Source: Candidatus Buchananbacteria bacterium (GTDB taxonomy: Bacteria > Patescibacteriota > Patescibacteriia > 2-01-FULL-39-33). From it: a stretch of DNA of 28,842 nucleotides. The DNA lies in assembly GCA_903907165.1 (NCBI GenBank), contig CAIVNC010000016.1, forward strand, positions 1-28,842. The letters run 5' to 3'. The notes beneath the pieces were generated by a model. It was not told the origin of the DNA, ran no database searches, and saw only the letters and a program-made list of their open reading frames with translations. Both the position numbers and the translations under genes were made by a program. How positions within the stretch are numbered: position 1 is the stretch's first letter; the number at the start of each line of letters is the position of its first letter. This document shows, piece by piece, positions 24,910 to 28,842 of this stretch.

Positions 24910-25683
24910 ATGGTAAAATCTAGAAAAATTTTAAAGTGGTTGGTGGTTTTAATTATTATTATCAAAGCGATAGTTTTCGCTCTGATTTTTGTTTATCCAA
25001 CCGCTGGCCTCGCCGATACTGACAGCATTAATTCTCAGCAACTGATTAATCTCACTAATGATTATCGAAAATCATTGGGATTGAGTACCCTAGCCGTCAA
25101 CGACCAACTAACCCAAGCTGCCACGCAGAAAGCCAAGGACATGTTGGCTGGTGGTTATTTTAGTCACACTTCACCCGATGGGCACCATTTTTCTGACTGG
25201 ATAAAAGCTACCGGTTATCAATATTTATCTGTCGGCGAAAACCTGGCCATTGATTTTAATGACAACAGCGATTTATTTCAAGCTTGGATCAATAGCCCAA
25301 AACATAAAGAAAATATTGTCGATTCCTCCTATCAAGAAATTGGCCTAGCTGCCATTAGCGGTAGATATCAAAATCACAACACTTTTGTAGTCGTTCAACT
25401 TTTTGGCTCTCATCCAGACTTTGTCACTAGTCCAAATGTTAACCCTAACGACACTCAGGAAGCAGCCTCTGGCTCAACTATTCCTCAAACAACAAAAGAA
25501 GCTGCTCTTCCGAAACAGCCTCTCGACTTTAGTTATCTAAGTAAAATTAATATTTCAATTAATTTGATGATATTTTTTATCCTAGCCCTGCTTCTTATCA
25601 CCTATCAGCCCCTAACGAACAACCAAGCAAAAATTGCTAAACCCAAAATAATGCGATACCAAGCAAAAACAGCCAACGAATGA
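24910..25683 (+). CDS. CAP/SCP (YkwD-like) domain secreted protein with a C-terminal hydrophobic anchor
   Basis: N-terminal signal sequence, a CAP-domain pattern (GYFSHTSPDG...NSPKHKENI) and C-terminal FFILALLLI. An extended -10 TGTTATAAT lies 6 nt before the ATG, so the mRNA looks leaderless. Confidence 0.7.
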   Translation: MVKSRKILKWLVVLIIIIKAIVFALIFVYPTAGLADTDSINSQQLINLTNDYRKSLGLSTLAVNDQLTQAATQKAKDMLAGGYFSHTSPDGHHFSDWIKATGYQYLSVGENLAIDFNDNSDLFQAWINSPKHKENIVDSSYQEIGLAAISGRYQNHNTFVVVQLFGSHPDFVTSPNVNPNDTQEAASGSTIPQTTKEAALPKQPLDFSYLSKINISINLMIFFILALLLITYQPLTNNQAKIAKPKIMRYQAKTANE

Positions 25684-26423
25684 TTGCTTAAATATTTCAA
25701 TAAAAATCTAATCGCAAAATAACCGGAAATGGCCGCGGTCAAAAAACCAACCAACAGCAATCCGCCATCAGTAACGCCTCCTGGCAACGCCAAAGCGTCT
25801 TTAAAAGTTTTAAGTCCGGCACCAAGAATCACTGGTATCGAAAGCAAAAAAGAAAACTCTGCCGCCTCAGATCTCTTTAAACCGGAGCCTAAACCTGCTA
25901 TAATAGTAATACCGGAACGAGAAACTCCAGGAATTAGAGCGATAGCCTGAGCGCAACCAATCCGCACTGCTCCCCATAAACCGATATTTTCTAGTTCTTT
26001 ATTTTGTTTAGCATACTTTTCTGCCACAAAAAACAATAATCCGACAACAATCAGAGCAATGGCGACAATCAAAATAGCATAACGGCTTTTTTCCAAGCCC
26101 TCGCCGAGCAAATAACCGGCAAGTCCGGCAGGAATCACACCCACGATAATCATCCAAGATAATTGCCAATCTCTCCCCTGCCTTTTGGCCGCATGAAATA
26201 TTCCCTCAAGCCAAGCCTTGATTAGTTGCCAGATTTTTTTATAAAATACGGCAATCAATGCCAAGACCGTGCCTAAATGCAAAACTACATCAAACAGCAT
26301 ATTGTCCGGCAATTGAAAATTAAAAATATTGTGAAATAAAATTAAGTGTCCTGAACTAGAAATCGGCAAAAATTCCGCCGCTCCCTGAATTAGTCCAGCT
26401 AAAACCGCAAACAAATAAGCCAT
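25605..26423 (-). CDS. uppP: Undecaprenyl-diphosphatase
   Basis: BacA/UppP signatures EFLPISSSGHLIL and the PGVSRSGITI region. 272 aa. Confidence 0.9.
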   Translation of the reverse strand: MAYLFAVLAGLIQGAAEFLPISSSGHLILFHNIFNFQLPDNMLFDVVLHLGTVLALIAVFYKKIWQLIKAWLEGIFHAAKRQGRDWQLSWMIIVGVIPAGLAGYLLGEGLEKSRYAILIVAIALIVVGLLFFVAEKYAKQNKELENIGLWGAVRIGCAQAIALIPGVSRSGITIIAGLGSGLKRSEAAEFSFLLSIPVILGAGLKTFKDALALPGGVTDGGLLLVGFLTAAISGYFAIRFLLKYLSNHSLAVFAWYRIILGLAIFAWLFVRG

Positions 26424-26441
26424 AATATTTAATTAAGAATT

Positions 26442-26870
26442 ATGTATCAACTAATTATCATTCCAATCGTCGCCGCAGTTATTGTTCAAGCCATCAAGCT
26501 GATAACCGATGGCAAACCGAAAAATTTTAATTTCCACCACATGATCAGTGACTACGGCGGAATGCCATCGTCTCATGCTGCCTTCGTCGCTTCTCTGGCC
26601 ACTATTGTCGGCCTAGCTGACGGTTTTGACTCCACTACCTTCGCTATCACTTTCATTCTTTTCGCTATTGTTATCCGCGATGCTATCGGCTTTCGACGTG
26701 AAATCGGCAGAAATGCTGTTCTCACTAATCAAATCGCCAAAGCCACCATTGATAAACAAAAACCTCAATACCTCAACGAACAAGTCGGTCACACTCCTCT
26801 TCAAGTTCTCGTCGGTTCAGCCCTAGGCGTCGCCATTACCATAATTATGGCTAAATTCTTCAATATCTAA
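26442..26870 (+). CDS. DUF212 / divergent PAP2 (acid phosphatase, vanadium-haloperoxidase-related) membrane protein
   Basis: GGMPSSHAAFVASLA motif, 142-aa polytopic protein. Confidence 0.65.
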   Translation: MYQLIIIPIVAAVIVQAIKLITDGKPKNFNFHHMISDYGGMPSSHAAFVASLATIVGLADGFDSTTFAITFILFAIVIRDAIGFRREIGRNAVLTNQIAKATIDKQKPQYLNEQVGHTPLQVLVGSALGVAITIIMAKFFNI

Positions 26871-27731
26871 CTATTTCTGACAGCTGTCACAAAAATGCGT
26901 ACTACGTCCAACTAATTTTACCTTTTTTATCGTTCCGCCGCAACGCTTACATTTTTGTCCGGTTCGCTGATAAACTTTCAAATAATTCAACATATTTCCC
27001 TTACTACCATCGGTCAATACGTAAGTGTTGGCCGATGTTCCTTTTTTACTTATCGCGAGTCGCAAAATTTTCTTAATCGCTACCGTCAAATCACTAATCT
27101 CTTTCTCTGATAAACTTCCGGCGGTTCTAGTTGGCAAAATCTTGGCCTCAAAACAGGATTCATCAACATAAATATTACCTAGTCCGGCAATAAGTGATTG
27201 ATCAAGTAAAATTTGTTTGATCTTTCTGTTTTTATATCTGTCGCAAATAGACTGCAAAAATTTGGAATTAAAAGAACTAGTCAACGGCTCCGGCCCGTAT
27301 TTACTCAACTCTTTTTTTAATTGCTCCTCGTTAACCAAACGCACCCAACCAAAACGCCGAATGTCATTAAAAAATAATCTGCTACCGTCTTTGAAATCAA
27401 GAATGACTCTGGAAAATTTATTTGGTAGCTCGCCTATATTTCCGATCGGATGACCACCGGAAACTGTACACTTTTTATTGTCACAAAAAACAAACTGACC
27501 TGTCATCTTGAGGTGCGACAAAAGCCACCACTCTCCAGCTAGATCAATAATAATCAGCTTTGCTCGGCGAGACACCGACAAAACTTTTTTATCTTTAACT
27601 ACTTTCAAAAAATCTTTGGCCGGCAGATTAACCGACCTTGGCGCCAAAACTTCGGCCTTCAAAATTATTTTATTTTTTATTTTAGTGTCCAACTGCGAAA
27701 CAACAGTCTGAACTTCTGGTAATTCTGGCAT
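26871..27731 (-). CDS. mutM: Formamidopyrimidine-DNA glycosylase
   Basis: N-terminal MPELPEV, H2TH region and a C-terminal CxxC...CxxC zinc finger (CKRCGG...CDSCQ). 286 aa. Confidence 0.9.
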   Translation of the reverse strand: MPELPEVQTVVSQLDTKIKNKIILKAEVLAPRSVNLPAKDFLKVVKDKKVLSVSRRAKLIIIDLAGEWWLLSHLKMTGQFVFCDNKKCTVSGGHPIGNIGELPNKFSRVILDFKDGSRLFFNDIRRFGWVRLVNEEQLKKELSKYGPEPLTSSFNSKFLQSICDRYKNRKIKQILLDQSLIAGLGNIYVDESCFEAKILPTRTAGSLSEKEISDLTVAIKKILRLAISKKGTSANTYVLTDGSKGNMLNYLKVYQRTGQKCKRCGGTIKKVKLVGRSTHFCDSCQK

Positions 27732-27749
27732 AAAATAATAATTAAAAAT

Positions 27750-28842
27750 CTATTCGTATCTCAAAGCAGAAATCGGATCAAGCCTCGAAGCGCGCTGAGC
27801 CGGATAAATACCAAAAACCAAACCAACAATGCCAGAAACGGCGGTTCCCAAGATAACAGAACTCATCGGAATAACGAAATCCCAATTATAACCAAGATAC
27901 CGAGCCACGATTGAAACCAAAAACGAAATTCCGGCACCGATTATAATACCAACTACGCCACCAAAAATAGTAATGGCCATGGTTTCAAAAATAAACTGCC
28001 ACAAAATATACGCTGGCCTAGCTCCGACCGCCTTACGCAAACCAATTTCTTTGACTCGCTCATTAACCGCGGCAAGCATGATATTCATCACGCCAATACC
28101 GCCGACCAGCAAGGAAATGCCAGCAATAGCGGACAAGAAAAATTTCAAGGCGTCAGTAATGGAAGTTAAAGTCTTGATGGCATCCTGAGTATTTCTGACC
28201 GAGAAATCACTACTCGTGTCTGTTTTGATATTATGACGATCACGTAGCAACAAATTTACATCTTGAGAAACTTGATTAATATTGTCAGAGGAATTTACTT
28301 TAACGCGGATAAAATTAACATAATGAATACCCAGCATGATATTTTGAGCTGTAGAAATTGGCATAATTGCTAAATCATCTTGGTTTTGAAAACCTGCCGA
28401 GCCTCTTTTCTTTAAAACACCGATAACTTCAAGAGTTTCTTTGCCGATTCTAATTTTTTGTCCCAAGGGATTTGCGCCGTTAAACAAATTTTGATTGGCC
28501 TGATCTCCCAAAACTACCACTCTAGCATTGCTTTTTTCTTCATCAGAAGTAAAAAATCTGCCGCTAGCCAAGCTCACATCTTCCACTTCTATATAAGTAC
28601 TCATCGTGCCATAATAAGTCAGATCCTCACTGGCATTTTGATAAACCGCCTTGCCTCGTCCGGTCACATAAGCATTAACCGCCGCAACATTTGGCACCTG
28701 ACTAGCTATAGCCAAAGCATCTTCGTATTTTAAAGTCGTTACTACAATACCAAGAGCCGACGCTGGCGGACCATTAGAATCAGAGGCGCCAGGCAAAATA
28801 CCAATCAAATTTGTGCCAACAGAATTAAGCTGGTTGATAATC
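27750..28842 (-). CDS. ABC transporter permease, FtsX/MacB family (partial; N-terminus beyond the window end)
   Basis: Large periplasmic-type domain followed by the FtsX 4-TM region (AGISLLVGGIGVMNIMLAAVNERVKEIGLRKAVGA). It stays open to the window end. It lies 18 nt upstream of mutM on the same strand. Confidence 0.75.
   Translation of the reverse strand, partial: IINQLNSVGTNLIGILPGASDSNGPPASALGIVVTTLKYEDALAIASQVPNVAAVNAYVTGRGKAVYQNASEDLTYYGTMSTYIEVEDVSLASGRFFTSDEEKSNARVVVLGDQANQNLFNGANPLGQKIRIGKETLEVIGVLKKRGSAGFQNQDDLAIMPISTAQNIMLGIHYVNFIRVKVNSSDNINQVSQDVNLLLRDRHNIKTDTSSDFSVRNTQDAIKTLTSITDALKFFLSAIAGISLLVGGIGVMNIMLAAVNERVKEIGLRKAVGARPAYILWQFIFETMAITIFGGVVGIIIGAGISFLVSIVARYLGYNWDFVIPMSSVILGTAVSGIVGLVFGIYPAQRASRLDPISALRYE

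Noticed and set aside
1-28842. Scanned for CRISPR arrays, tRNA/rRNA genes, IS elements, transposases and integrases
   Set aside because: No spaced direct repeats and no T-loop or acceptor-stem patterns in any intergenic region. No recognisable mobile-element protein was seen. The only mobility-like signals are the compositional anomalies noted in the findings.

Overview
This window is a low-GC (roughly 38-42%), gene-dense bacterial chromosomal segment with small genes and short intergenic regions. Several starts lack a Shine-Dalgarno sequence or sit 7 nt after a -10 box. A reduced-genome lineage such as Patescibacteria/CPR is a plausible inference only.

The backbone is housekeeping. It includes dnaX (partial, runs off the 5' edge), cysS-dusB with a 1-nt overlap, a fragmented dcw cluster (mraZ, small ORF, rsmH, ftsL, ftsI, murF), rplJ-rplL with its leader, mltG, uppP, fpg, corA, tsaB, a CdsA/CarS-family cytidylyltransferase, a DUF212 PAP2-like protein, a CAP-domain protein and a partial FtsX/MacB permease.

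Between these sit the items worth a second look:
- A translationally coupled pair at 1941-4973: a small acidic protein plus an 841-aa membrane-anchored VirD4/TraG-like P-loop ATPase, with no other secretion genes nearby.
- A 27-bp palindrome at 5005-5031 that carries two face-to-face extended -10 promoters.
- A GC-rich (about 50%) flotillin/SPFH gene at 9808-11673 that interrupts the dcw cluster, with its own consensus promoter and a perfect 36-bp palindromic operator.
- A consensus-promoter to terminator unit of about 125 nt at 9567-9727 (candidate sRNA or leaderless 17-codon micro-ORF), next to a 127-nt nested-stem element closed by an 11-bp stem, upstream of a small zinc-ribbon gene.
- MraZ-box repeats (three repeats at 10-bp phasing) downstream of the mraZ promoter.
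- A triple-hairpin GC-rich element upstream of tsaB.
- An rplJ leader with a terminator-like attenuator.
- A perfect-consensus promoter driving two small secreted or membrane proteins with near-identical RBS contexts.
- A 793-aa membrane protein with an N-terminal PP2C-like region and a C-terminal repeat/propeller-like domain.

No tRNA, rRNA, CRISPR array or transposase was recognised.
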